IMG/VR virus record: IMGVR_UViG_3300020810_001156 | Span: 1 to 64,000 of that record | DNA: 64,000 nucleotides | Direction: 5' to 3' (one strand) | Part shown: positions 24,548 to 34,361 of the stretch, one piece after another | How the letters are laid out: each line of letters opens with the position of its first letter | How positions within the stretch are numbered: position 1 is the stretch's first letter | Made by a program: the position numbers and the translations under genes | The notes under the pieces: model-generated | What the model was told of the DNA's origin: nothing | Databases searched by the model: none | Seen by the model: the letters and a program-made list of their open reading frames with translations, nothing else

Positions 24548-24695
24548 ACAAATACTCATTGTATAGTATCTAATACTCAACGAGTATAATCGTTATCTCA
24601 ATTAAGTTTATCGGAGGGTTCTCCTCTGGTGTTTTATAAATCGTTTTATTATTAAGTTATACAATTGGTTACTTTAACTATAAAGTAGGCATTTT

Positions 24696-25175
24696 ATGTA
24701 TGCGTTAAGATTTTTAGGAATTGTTTTATTCTTAATATTGGGTGTATCAAGTATATCCGCACAAGAAATAAAGGTAGGAGATGTTACAAACGAAATCCGA
24801 TTAGGACCTTTCGCTGGTAATGCAAATCTTGCTATGGGAGTTCGTAATATTACCGAAGAACTTCTTATGGATTTGGATTACGATTTATCCCCATACGCAG
24901 AAACACAAATTAATATAAGACTTGTATTCTTTGATGTAAAGAATATTGGTAAGAGTATTGGTGTATATCATAATAAGGTATCAGCAACTCAAATCATTGC
25001 AATAGGAGAATTACAAGTTGGTAAGAAAGTAAAGAAACGAGTTACTAAAAAAGGAGTGAGTAAAGAAATATCTAACTCCACTTTGGTGGTAGCATCAGAT
25101 GGTTCGTTTAATCAACAAACGGCATCAAGTGCTGTAAAAAAGGTTTTAGTAGAAATAATTAAAGATTTATTATGA
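24696..25175 (+). CDS. exported CsgG/TolB-N-like alpha/beta protein
   Basis: Signal peptide (SAQ); LAMGVRNITEELL helix and terminal S.AVKK.L helix resemble the CsgG fold. Confidence 0.5.
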   Translation: MYALRFLGIVLFLILGVSSISAQEIKVGDVTNEIRLGPFAGNANLAMGVRNITEELLMDLDYDLSPYAETQINIRLVFFDVKNIGKSIGVYHNKVSATQIIAIGELQVGKKVKKRVTKKGVSKEISNSTLVVASDGSFNQQTASSAVKKVLVEIIKDLL

Positions 25176-26848
25176 AAAAAATTTTAACATTATTAGTTAG
25201 TGTATTGTGTACACTAAGTGTCTTTGGACAATCTCGTATGGATTATTCGAGAGTAAATACAGTAACCCAAGTAGGGGATACTTTAATTGTAAAATATCAA
25301 TACTTTAAAGGAACTGATGTTAATGGTAATGATATGCCAGATGCGACACTTTATCAGTTTGATATACAACATAACAATAAGTTATTGGATGTTATTGAAA
25401 ATGATTGGCAACCAACATCTAACTCTTCACAAAAAGCAGTAAACACTTGGAATGGATATAAGTTTACTATTGATTCTGAAAAAGACCAAACTGATTTTGA
25501 TGGGCAATATCTAAGTTGGTTAAGTGGAGATGCTACCTATGGAACAAATGCTGATTGGTCAGTACAAAGGGTAACTTATCAAGATGTAACTTCATTGGAA
25601 AATGGTGATGAGATTATGAAGGTATCTTATAAGATTAAAGATAAGGCAAATTCAAACTATACTGATTATACTAATTTAATCAATGTGAATTGGGCAAACT
25701 ATAAAGAAGCAGATGGTACTCAGATTGATGTAACTGGTCAATCTAATATAGGGTTAACAGGTATTCAAGGTGGTGATGCTGGTAATGTTTCTATTTCAGT
25801 ATCATCGAATGTAATCACAAATAATATTGGTGATGGTGGTGATTTCTCTTATACAATTTATAACAAAGGTGAAAATACTAATCCAATAGCAAGTGGTAAC
25901 TTTGATGCTGCTGGTGATGCAACTGTAACTGGTTTGGAAAATGATGTTGAGTATGATTTATATGTTTCAATTGATTCATCTAAAGAGTATTTAGATAATG
26001 TAGTAACTGTATCTGATTTATCATTGGTGTTTGCAGAAGCAATAGGAGCAGGCGATTCTCCAAATGGTATTTCAACTACATTTGATTATTACATTCAAAG
26101 TATTTTAGCGAATGTTGTAGGTACTTCTATTCCAAATGGTGGTGATATAAACTTTGATGATTCGTATGAGATACTTGCTTATCTACAAGGTGTAACATCT
26201 ACCAATACAACATTCATTTCAAAAACAGGTGAAGTGTATAATGTAAGTGGTATCAAATCTACTTTTGGTGATGAAGTAAATGGTATAGCAACCGTTTCAC
26301 CAACATTCAAACCAACTGATAGTGATAAATCGTTCCAATTTGCTCATGCAATTTCTGGTGATGTAAACTTCTCACATGGATTTGAACCAACATCAACTAA
26401 TGCGGATATACCAACCTCAGCACAATCAACTACTACTCAAAGAAGTATGATGGCAAGGGGTGCAAAACTTAATCCTGAAACTGCTAATTTAGATTTAACA
26501 TCTGAATTAAAAGATGGTCAAGTAATCTTCACAATAGGTTCGGAGGTTGAGGAAATGATTGGTGCTCAGTTTAACATTGTTTACGATAGAACGAGATTAG
26601 TATTAGATGATGTAATATTTGATACTGGTAATACAATGACCAACTTCTCAAATCACATTGAAGAAAATGGAAAAATAAATATAGGTTCTTTTGACCAAAA
26701 CTTTGAGGCAACTGTTAAGACAGGTACTCCTTATAAGTTAATCTTTACACCAACCGTACAGTTACAAAACACATCAGGTTTAATTACTTTCAAAGTTAAT
26801 GAAGGTGTTAAAGCAGATGGTACACAAATTAAATTTATAATGGAGTAA
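25172..26848 (+). CDS. exported cohesin- and dockerin-like domain protein
   Basis: Signal peptide (FGQ); cohesin-like N-terminus (YQFDIQHN..LL) and C-terminus (GAQFNIVYD); dockerin-like VTVSD and GDVNFSH segments. Confidence 0.6.
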   Translation: MKKILTLLVSVLCTLSVFGQSRMDYSRVNTVTQVGDTLIVKYQYFKGTDVNGNDMPDATLYQFDIQHNNKLLDVIENDWQPTSNSSQKAVNTWNGYKFTIDSEKDQTDFDGQYLSWLSGDATYGTNADWSVQRVTYQDVTSLENGDEIMKVSYKIKDKANSNYTDYTNLINVNWANYKEADGTQIDVTGQSNIGLTGIQGGDAGNVSISVSSNVITNNIGDGGDFSYTIYNKGENTNPIASGNFDAAGDATVTGLENDVEYDLYVSIDSSKEYLDNVVTVSDLSLVFAEAIGAGDSPNGISTTFDYYIQSILANVVGTSIPNGGDINFDDSYEILAYLQGVTSTNTTFISKTGEVYNVSGIKSTFGDEVNGIATVSPTFKPTDSDKSFQFAHAISGDVNFSHGFEPTSTNADIPTSAQSTTTQRSMMARGAKLNPETANLDLTSELKDGQVIFTIGSEVEEMIGAQFNIVYDRTRLVLDDVIFDTGNTMTNFSNHIEENGKINIGSFDQNFEATVKTGTPYKLIFTPTVQLQNTSGLITFKVNEGVKADGTQIKFIME

Positions 26849-26850
26849 AT

Positions 26851-27228
26851 ATGAAAAAAGTATTAGTATTATTATCTTTGGTTTTATTAATGGGATGTGT
26901 TAAGGATGAAATCCTTTCTCCTATTGATAATACAGTAGAGGTTCCTGAATCATTGGTTATTGGTGATTTACAAGGTATTAAAGTAGAATCAACAATCGTA
27001 ACCGATGAAGTTAAGATGAATATCAAACTTCCTTATACGGGAACTTATAGAGTTAAAATTAGAGATATAGGAAAAGAACTTATATCTCAAGAAAAGTTAC
27101 AAGCAAACGAAGGAGATAATATTCTTAAAGTATATGTTTCTTCTTTATCAAACGATGGTTATACTTTAGAGTTGACCGATGATAATCACGATATCATAGG
27201 TATAACTTCAATCGTAGTAAACAACTAA
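26851..27228 (+). CDS. lipoprotein consisting of a T9SS C-terminal sorting domain-like Ig fold
   Basis: Lipobox LMGC then VKDE; IRDIGKELI...GDN.LKV.VSSL..GYTLEL resembles type A CTD. Confidence 0.6.
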   Translation: MKKVLVLLSLVLLMGCVKDEILSPIDNTVEVPESLVIGDLQGIKVESTIVTDEVKMNIKLPYTGTYRVKIRDIGKELISQEKLQANEGDNILKVYVSSLSNDGYTLELTDDNHDIIGITSIVVNN

Positions 27229-27238
27229 ATATAAAATT

Positions 27239-27541
27239 ATGAGTGAAGAAAAAGAAGTAGGGTTCTTCGGACAATTGAAAAATCAAATCATAACTGGTGC
27301 AGGGGTTATCCTAACTGGTTTGGGTACAATGTTTATGGATGAAGTAAAAACATTCATTGGTATTGGAGATGAAGAAGAAACCAAAACAGAACAAGTTCAA
27401 GTTGAACAAAAGCAAGAGGTCAATGTAAGTGGACCTGAAATCATTATCAATATTCCTGAACAAAAAACAGAAACTAAAACAATTATTAAAGAAGTTCCTG
27501 TTAAAGAAAAGAAGGAAAAAGAAGAAGAAATAGATTGGTAA
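27239..27541 (+). CDS. membrane-anchored protein with charged low-complexity tail
   Basis: One TM segment; KTIIKEVPVKEKKEKEEE. Confidence 0.75.
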   Translation: MSEEKEVGFFGQLKNQIITGAGVILTGLGTMFMDEVKTFIGIGDEEETKTEQVQVEQKQEVNVSGPEIIINIPEQKTETKTIIKEVPVKEKKEKEEEIDW

Positions 27542-27570
27542 TAAGTTATATATTGTTAATATTAAATTAA

Positions 27571-27807
27571 ATGATTATGTTAAAATTCTTTAGAAATTTT
27601 TGGGAACTAAACACTATGCCGATGGTGGATATGTGGAATGATGCCGAAACTGTTAATGAAAAAATAGTAGCAGTATTTTTTAGCATTTGGATTGCTATAT
27701 TGTTGGTATTGTTTTATGTAGGAATGACGGGATTATTATACGGATTAATATCAGGAGAAGCAGATGTAGCAAATGCAACATTTGGTATCTTTGATTATTG
27801 TTGTTAA
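27571..27807 (+). CDS. small membrane protein
   Basis: Long hydrophobic segment. Confidence 0.65.
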   Translation: MIMLKFFRNFWELNTMPMVDMWNDAETVNEKIVAVFFSIWIAILLVLFYVGMTGLLYGLISGEADVANATFGIFDYCC

Positions 27808-28008
27808 TTATGAAAAAAATAATTGATATATTGAGTAAGATTGATAGTTGGGTATATAATCAACTATTAAATTTATACCCTAATCTTACAAAACATATGA
27901 GGGAAAAATAATGGGATTATTAGATGTGTTTATAATAACATCTGCAATCGTTATAGGTATGTCCGTTGTAATCGGACAATTAATGAAAATATTTGATAAG
28001 GAAGAATA

Positions 28009-28725
28009 ATGAAAAAATTATTACTATTGTTGGTATGTGTATTTTTAACACAAACCACATTTGCGCAAGTTGGAAGTATTAAAGCAGAAGAATATGTTGC
28101 TGAATTCGAAAAGAAAAAATCAATTGATGATGTTTCGGATTATGATGGTGATATGTTGCCTGTTGCACTACTCGATGTAGGTATCTCAGATGCTCTCTAC
28201 GAAACTTATCCTGAATTAAGGGATGGTAGAGTGGGTTTAGGACTTACAAACATTGTAATCGAATATTTGGATTGGACAAATAGATTTGAATTTGTTGAAG
28301 AAAAATCTGCAATCAAAGATAGAATGAAATCACAATGGGTTGCTTCTCGTAAAGGTGTATCTGAAAATAAAGTTTATGGTATGGGTAAGATTACTCTTGC
28401 TGAATACTTTGTAACTATTGAGATATACGATTTCTCAGTATCGGAAGATGAAGTACTTTCACTTAAAGAAGGTTCTAAACAAACTCAAACAACTCGTTTA
28501 GGATTACAAGTAAGATTTACCGATGCTGAAACTGGTAGATACTTGGTAGGTTCTGGTTTAGGAGATGCTAAGACTGTTAAAACTCAAGAAGGTTTAATTG
28601 GTTTAGATGTAGATGAAATCGCATTTAGAGAATCAGGTATCGGAGTTGCAACTCGTAAAGCATTAGAAACAGCTTCAGCAAGAATTGTGGCAAGAATGAT
28701 ACGAAAAGGAATCTTCCCAAACTAA
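28009..28725 (+). CDS. csgG: CsgG-family (curli assembly/transport) protein
   Basis: Signal peptide; RFEFVEEK, AEYFVTIEIYDF, LGLQVRFTDAETG...GSG.G, G.ATRKALETA motifs. Confidence 0.7.
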   Translation: MKKLLLLLVCVFLTQTTFAQVGSIKAEEYVAEFEKKKSIDDVSDYDGDMLPVALLDVGISDALYETYPELRDGRVGLGLTNIVIEYLDWTNRFEFVEEKSAIKDRMKSQWVASRKGVSENKVYGMGKITLAEYFVTIEIYDFSVSEDEVLSLKEGSKQTQTTRLGLQVRFTDAETGRYLVGSGLGDAKTVKTQEGLIGLDVDEIAFRESGIGVATRKALETASARIVARMIRKGIFPN

Positions 28726-28728
28726 TGG

Positions 28729-30339
28729 ATGAAAAAACTACTATCGATACTATTTTTTATATTCGTAACACAAGTTAGTTACGGACAGACATTTACACAA
28801 ACCTTTGTAGATAGATGTACTGGTGAAGTACAAGTAGTAACTGCCAACTTTCAAACGGGTTCGGCAGTTGTTTCATTTTATAATAAAGTTAGAGTATTTA
28901 CATATCAAGAATATGTAAACGGAGAATTACACCAATGGTTGATGACTACTTATGCTTGGTGGCAAGCACTCTCCCCATGTTCAGCTGCACAAACTCAAAC
29001 TACCAACGCACAAAACGCAGCGAATAACGCCACAAATAACACTACAAACACAACCAATACAAATACCTCATCAACTAGCAACACATCTTCATCAAGTAGT
29101 AGTTCATCATCAAGTTCGTCTGGAGGGGATTCTGGTAGTTCATCTTCAAGTTCGTCAGGTGGTTCAGACGGTGGTGGTGATGGAAGTAGTTCATCAGGTG
29201 GTTCAGAAGGTAGTGGAGAAGGTAGTGGAGAAGGTAGTGGAGAAGGTTCTGGCGAAGGAAGTGGAGAAGGTAGTGGAGAAGGTAGTGGAGAAGGTGAAGG
29301 TTCTGGTGAAGGTTCCGGTGAAGGTGAAGGTGAAGGAGAAGGTAGTGGAGAGGGTGAAGGTGAAGGAGAAGGTTCTGGTGAAGGAGAAGGAGAAGGTTCT
29401 GGTGAAGGTGAAGGAGAAGGTGAAGAAGAGTCATCTGAAGAAAGTTCAGAGGAAGAATCAAGTGAAGAGGAATCATCAGAAGAATCGGAAGAAGAAAGTT
29501 CAGAAGAAGAATCCGAAGAAGAGAGTGAGGAGGAATCAGAAGAAGAAGAGAGTGAAGAAGAATCTGAGGAAGATGAGGAAGAATCTGATGAGGATGATGA
29601 AGAAGAATCCGAAGAAAGTGATGGTGAAGATGAAGAAGATGAGGAAGATGAAAAGGAAAAAAAGTTTATGCCTATTCAATTAAAGGCGGATATGATGGCT
29701 CAACAAGCTCTTACTTTGGATTATAATGCGGTTCTTAATATCGGTGCTTCTATGAGTTCTATTTTTGGTGATAGAAGTTATGGTGCTAATCTTATGATAT
29801 ATGATAATCTTAAACAAGCAAACATTTCACTTAACACATCAGGTGTTACTATGAATGATAATTACGAAGTAACATGGGTAGATGGTGTTTCGGTTTCTTA
29901 TATGAGAAACTATAAGATGAATGCTATATCAGCATCAGCAAGTAGAATGAAACCATTAGGTAAGTGGGGAACTGTTGGTGTGGGTATTAACTATTCTTAT
30001 ATGACGGGTAAAGACCAATTAGGGCAACAACTTCCTAAGTCTTGGATGTTAGGATATAATGTTGTTTATTCTAATATGATAAAAATAACTGATAGAATAA
30101 TGTATTCACCAGCATTGGTTGGAGTTAGTTCTCCATTATCATATACACAAATGCAAGAAACTGATATTGTAGATTTTTCTACAATCAATAAAGATTTAAT
30201 GGTTATAGTAGCAAACCCATTCACAATACAATTAACTAATAGATTTTCGTTCAATGTAGGGTGGACAGTTATAATGAGTACGAGTGAATATCTACCGATA
30301 TTAAACTCGTTTATGATAGGTTCTAAAATACCATTTTAA
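28729..30339 (+). CDS. exported protein: small N-domain, long S/G/E low-complexity stalk, C-terminal beta-barrel-like domain
   Basis: Signal peptide (YGQ); GSGE and EEES repeats; alternating beta strands ending in Phe. Confidence 0.8.
   Translation: MKKLLSILFFIFVTQVSYGQTFTQTFVDRCTGEVQVVTANFQTGSAVVSFYNKVRVFTYQEYVNGELHQWLMTTYAWWQALSPCSAAQTQTTNAQNAANNATNNTTNTTNTNTSSTSNTSSSSSSSSSSSSGGDSGSSSSSSSGGSDGGGDGSSSSGGSEGSGEGSGEGSGEGSGEGSGEGSGEGSGEGEGSGEGSGEGEGEGEGSGEGEGEGEGSGEGEGEGSGEGEGEGEEESSEESSEEESSEEESSEESEEESSEEESEEESEEESEEEESEEESEEDEEESDEDDEEESEESDGEDEEDEEDEKEKKFMPIQLKADMMAQQALTLDYNAVLNIGASMSSIFGDRSYGANLMIYDNLKQANISLNTSGVTMNDNYEVTWVDGVSVSYMRNYKMNAISASASRMKPLGKWGTVGVGINYSYMTGKDQLGQQLPKSWMLGYNVVYSNMIKITDRIMYSPALVGVSSPLSYTQMQETDIVDFSTINKDLMVIVANPFTIQLTNRFSFNVGWTVIMSTSEYLPILNSFMIGSKIPF
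29206..29660 (+). repeat. coding low-complexity repeats (GSGE / GEGE / EEES)
   Basis: Tandem GAAGGTAGTGGA-type and GAAGAA-rich units. Confidence 0.9.
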
Positions 30340-30341
30340 TT

Positions 30342-30890
30342 ATGAATAAAAAAATAGAAATTTCTGTATGGTTACTTTGTTTATTAGTAATCGGATTTTG
30401 GTTTATTGGATATACTACACAATACCAAAGACCAGCTAAAATAGAATATGTAGAAGTAGTAAAAGAAGTAGAAGTAGTTGTTACTGATACAATCTATGTA
30501 GATAAAATCATAGAAGAAAAAATATATGTACCAAAATACATTACACAAATCGAAAGAGATACAATTAAAGTAGAAGTACCAGTAGAAGTAATTGTTGAAA
30601 AACAAATACCAATTACTAAAAAAGTATATGTGGATAAAGTAGTAGATAGACTTGTTGAAGTTCCCGTCAACGAGAAAAAACTATTTTTAGGGTTTGGTTA
30701 TCAATACGATTTTGAAAATTATTTTAGTGGAGCAAATATAAAGTTAATTCACAAAACACCTAAAGATAAAATGTTTAGTTTAGATGTTGGTTTCAGAAAT
30801 GATTTGTTAGATAAAGAAACTAATGTAGGAAGATTAAGACCTTACATTGGAGGTTCTATATATTTTAGAATTGATAATCCAAACAAATAG
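30342..30890 (+). CDS. membrane-anchored protein with V/E/K-rich repeats and C-terminal beta strands
   Basis: TM helix; KVEVPVEVIVEK and VDRLVEVPV repeats. Confidence 0.75.
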   Translation: MNKKIEISVWLLCLLVIGFWFIGYTTQYQRPAKIEYVEVVKEVEVVVTDTIYVDKIIEEKIYVPKYITQIERDTIKVEVPVEVIVEKQIPITKKVYVDKVVDRLVEVPVNEKKLFLGFGYQYDFENYFSGANIKLIHKTPKDKMFSLDVGFRNDLLDKETNVGRLRPYIGGSIYFRIDNPNK

Positions 30891-32920
30891 TGAAAAAACT
30901 TCTTTACATATTATTATTTTTACCCACTTTAGTTTTTGGACAAAGTGGTGAAGGATATGTAAATTACAAATCCTATAAAACTCACTATGGGAATGGTTAT
31001 AGTTCAACCTATAATGGATACACATATAGTGGATTAGCTGATAACGCAACCGAGTTACAAGCAATGTTAGATGTAAATCACCCTGGTACATCTTTAACAC
31101 ATGAAGGTGAAGCAGTAGCTAATTCAAGTGAAGGATTAAAAGGAGGTAGACCTTCCAGATGGGGGAATGATTTTTATGCCGTTTATCACTATGGTTGGTT
31201 TCAACCACAAGAAACAGGAACTTACAGATTTACCCTACAATCAGATGATGGTAGTGGTTTATGGATAGATGGAGACTTAAAACTATTTAGACCTTGTTGT
31301 GGTGCATCCTCTGTGGATGTTTCCTTAACATCAGGACAATGGTACTTCTTTGAAACAAAATGGCAAGAATATACAGGTGGTGATTATATGTACTTTATGT
31401 ACTCACCTCCAAGTAATGCTAATGTGTTTTATGTTGGTGACCAAACACAGTATCTTAAAGTAACTAATATAGAACCAGAAGAAGAACCAATAAGTCCTGA
31501 AGTAGATTTAGATTTAGAATTCCATTCTCAATTAGCACCAGAAGAATATAGATTCAGAGTTTACTATGATGGAACTTCTGCACAAGATGGAACTGAATGG
31601 TTGAATACATCTACAATGAACTCTTCTTATTATTTAGATGATGATGGTAGTAAGGATATTACTGATTATCTAAATTTAGTCAAAATGGCAGATGGTAAGA
31701 AGGCAACTACAACTGGTGGTTGGACGGAGTGGTGTGTGGTTTATGATTATGATACAACTAACAAACGATACAGGGTTGGTATTGATAAAAGAGAATTTCC
31801 AAGTGGATTTACTTTTACTGATTTGAAACAATTAAAGTTGTTTGATTTATGGGATGGTGAAATAACTTATATGTCAGATGATATCTATTGGGCAAATTAT
31901 TACATCTATACTGATACTCAATTTGATTTCACAAGTTCAACCTTTTCATCTTATATAAGAGATGCAAATGGATTCTATGGAATAAAAGCAGATTTCTCAT
32001 TTGAAGATGTTGAAATATACAAAGGACATAAAGTATCATTTATGAATCCATCTACCAATATAGAAGGATGGACAGCAGAAGAATTTATGGATGATTATAT
32101 TACAGTTGCAGATGTAGTTGCAGGATTTAACGAATTAGCTGGTGGTGGAATTAATGGTGGATTAAAAGGAGATTTGAATGGAGTCCAATTACAAAACTCA
32201 GATGTTAACCAAGATGGTGAATTTGATTTTCAAGATAGTCAAATAGGATTATCTTTTTTGACTGGTGGTGATACTCCGTTTGATGGAAGTTTATATGATA
32301 TAATGAGAATAGTTCCTAAATCAGAATATGATAATACTACAACTACTAATTGGAAAACACAAACAAATAAATCACCATCAACATCGTTTACGTTTAGTCT
32401 TATAGATACGATACAAACTTTAGAGTATAAGGTTTCTTTTATAGGTGATGTAAACCTTTCACATTCTGCTCCCCAAACAGGTACTTCACCCGCTACCCAA
32501 TCTACTATATCTTCAAGAATGATGAGTGTAAGAAATTCATCTACTCAAAACAATACTTCGTTAGAGGTTGATTTAGATATTGAAAAAACTGAAGAACATA
32601 TAATCATTACATTAGATTTGCCTGAGAATAATTTTAATCTAATTGGTTCTGAATTTAGAATTGGGTTTGATAATGAACGAGTAGAATATGATAAGTTAGA
32701 AACTAATACAATGATGAATAGCTTTGATGCTAAGAGGAGTTCTTATGTTAAGGTGGGTTCTATATCAACTGATGGTTCTCTAACCTTAAACAGCGGCGTT
32801 CAATATAAAATTTATTTTAAACCAATACAATCATTTGAATCAACATTAGGATTGGTATCGGTTAAGAAATCAGAAGTTGTTGATGTAAATGCTAATATAA
32901 TAAATGTAATTATAAAATGA
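30890..32920 (+). CDS. exported PA14-domain protein with dockerin- and cohesin-like domains
   Basis: Signal peptide (FGQ); GWFQPQETGTYRFTLQSDDGS.LWIDG (PA14); DVNQDGEFDFQD; GDVNLSH; C-terminal cohesin-like domain. Confidence 0.75.
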   Translation: MKKLLYILLFLPTLVFGQSGEGYVNYKSYKTHYGNGYSSTYNGYTYSGLADNATELQAMLDVNHPGTSLTHEGEAVANSSEGLKGGRPSRWGNDFYAVYHYGWFQPQETGTYRFTLQSDDGSGLWIDGDLKLFRPCCGASSVDVSLTSGQWYFFETKWQEYTGGDYMYFMYSPPSNANVFYVGDQTQYLKVTNIEPEEEPISPEVDLDLEFHSQLAPEEYRFRVYYDGTSAQDGTEWLNTSTMNSSYYLDDDGSKDITDYLNLVKMADGKKATTTGGWTEWCVVYDYDTTNKRYRVGIDKREFPSGFTFTDLKQLKLFDLWDGEITYMSDDIYWANYYIYTDTQFDFTSSTFSSYIRDANGFYGIKADFSFEDVEIYKGHKVSFMNPSTNIEGWTAEEFMDDYITVADVVAGFNELAGGGINGGLKGDLNGVQLQNSDVNQDGEFDFQDSQIGLSFLTGGDTPFDGSLYDIMRIVPKSEYDNTTTTNWKTQTNKSPSTSFTFSLIDTIQTLEYKVSFIGDVNLSHSAPQTGTSPATQSTISSRMMSVRNSSTQNNTSLEVDLDIEKTEEHIIITLDLPENNFNLIGSEFRIGFDNERVEYDKLETNTMMNSFDAKRSSYVKVGSISTDGSLTLNSGVQYKIYFKPIQSFESTLGLVSVKKSEVVDVNANIINVIIK

Positions 32921-33258
32921 GAAAGATATTATTATTTATATTATTAATTTTGGTATCTTGTCAACCTGATGAGTTAATGGTTGTTGAACCATATCCACAA
33001 TACGAAATGATATTTGAGGAATCAATATCTAAAGTGGTTGATGGACAAGAGTTCTCATTTGAGGTATCAACAACTGAAGAATATACGTTGATTATATCAC
33101 ACCAAAATAGTTCAGTAATATCAAAAGAATCATTCATGCCAACAATGGGATTGAATACTAAAATCCTTTATACAAAATCTTTACCTAAAGGAGAATTAAA
33201 CTTAATATTAATTTTATCTAAAGAAGAAATCCAAAAAACTACTATTATTATAGAATAA
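32917..33258 (+). CDS. lipoprotein with T9SS CTD-like Ig fold (paralog of 26851)
   Basis: Lipobox LVSC then QPDE; similar strand pattern ending KTTIIIE. Confidence 0.55.
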   Translation: MRKILLFILLILVSCQPDELMVVEPYPQYEMIFEESISKVVDGQEFSFEVSTTEEYTLIISHQNSSVISKESFMPTMGLNTKILYTKSLPKGELNLILILSKEEIQKTTIIIE

Positions 33259-33268
33259 TATATTTATA
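33259..33268 (+). promoter_or_regulatory. putative phage late promoter (TATATTTATA)
   Basis: Recurrent intergenic motif. Confidence 0.5.
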
Positions 33269-33271
33269 GGT

Positions 33272-33928
33272 ATGTTAGTATATGATTTCAAAAATGTGGG
33301 AAAGATTTATGGATTGACCAATAATGATTCGGTTGAACCAAAACATGCTGACCGTATTGCTGAAATTCCTAAATCTATTTTTTCTGGGTTTAAGTATGAG
33401 AGGTATAAAAATATGCCTCCATATAAAAACGAATCTATGAGAACAATGCAGGAATTAATTAGATTATCACAAATACCATCTAATGATGAATTTACTTTGA
33501 AGATGGATAAAGTGAAAGAATCTTTTAAAAATTTATGTGAAGAATTAGATATTGATTTCCCAAAAGAAATGGTAAAAGATTTAAAAGATGCTGCTAGTGG
33601 TGTGATATTAGATTTAAAATATCACTACAATAGACCGAGGCCTTACAAATTAGCACCTTTACTTAATATAGAATTAGATACTAACGAAATCGAAGATACA
33701 ACATCAGATTCACCATCTTATCCTTCTGGACACGCAGCTCAAGGTATTCTGATATCCAATTATTTAGCTTACAAAAATCCTTTACATAGAGGAAAGATTT
33801 TGAGGTTAGGTAGAGATATAGCAAAGAGTAGAGTTACTGCAAAAGTTCACTATCAATCGGATGTAGATTTTGGTTCAATGATTGGAAACGATATGTTCAA
33901 CTATTTAAAAGAAAACAAATTAATATAA
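33272..33928 (+). CDS. PAP2-superfamily phosphatase/haloperoxidase-like protein
   Basis: KYHYNRPRP, PSYPSGHA and SRV.AKVHY.SD motifs. Confidence 0.9.
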   Translation: MLVYDFKNVGKIYGLTNNDSVEPKHADRIAEIPKSIFSGFKYERYKNMPPYKNESMRTMQELIRLSQIPSNDEFTLKMDKVKESFKNLCEELDIDFPKEMVKDLKDAASGVILDLKYHYNRPRPYKLAPLLNIELDTNEIEDTTSDSPSYPSGHAAQGILISNYLAYKNPLHRGKILRLGRDIAKSRVTAKVHYQSDVDFGSMIGNDMFNYLKENKLI

Positions 33929-34128
33929 TGCCAGCAAAATTAAAACCAAGTACAAAGGAATATCTTAGAGATAAAAATGGCAGACAAATCAATAAATGGT
34001 TTTGGAAGCATTATACTTTGAGTGGGGCAGGAACAGAAGAGTTGATAAAGTTATATGGCACACCTTCCTATAAGAAGAAAAAACAAATGATTAAAAGAGA
34101 ACTTCAAAAAAGAGGAGTAGAACTATGA
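33928..34128 (+). CDS. small basic hypothetical protein
   Basis: ORF track. Confidence 0.65.
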   Translation: MPAKLKPSTKEYLRDKNGRQINKWFWKHYTLSGAGTEELIKLYGTPSYKKKKQMIKRELQKRGVEL

Positions 34129-34361
34129 AAGAATTTGCAGTACAAAAACAATTAATACCAGTAGATACTAATACTGGAGACCCTTCTTGGGCAAAAAGAC
34201 AGATTTGGGTTTATAAATTAAATGGAGATGATACTATTGATGAGTATGATACTCAATCTGAAGCAGAAATAAAAAGAGATGAATTGGATTCTAACGACCC
34301 GACAAGTAGAGTATATAGGGTAGTAAGAAGAATAGACCAATTTAACTATGAAGTGCTTTAG
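34125..34361 (+). CDS. hypothetical protein
   Basis: ORF track. Confidence 0.7.
   Translation: MKEFAVQKQLIPVDTNTGDPSWAKRQIWVYKLNGDDTIDEYDTQSEAEIKRDELDSNDPTSRVYRVVRRIDQFNYEVL

Noticed and set aside
28952-29683. Alternative-frame ORFs 28952-29683 (+) and 29075-29476 (-)
   Set aside because: Shadow frames of the low-complexity repeat within 28729-30339
28729-30339. CsgA/CsgB curlin subunit
   Set aside because: Repeats are G/S/E-rich and acidic, lacking the S-x5-Q-x-G-x-G-N-x-A-x3-Q curlin pattern
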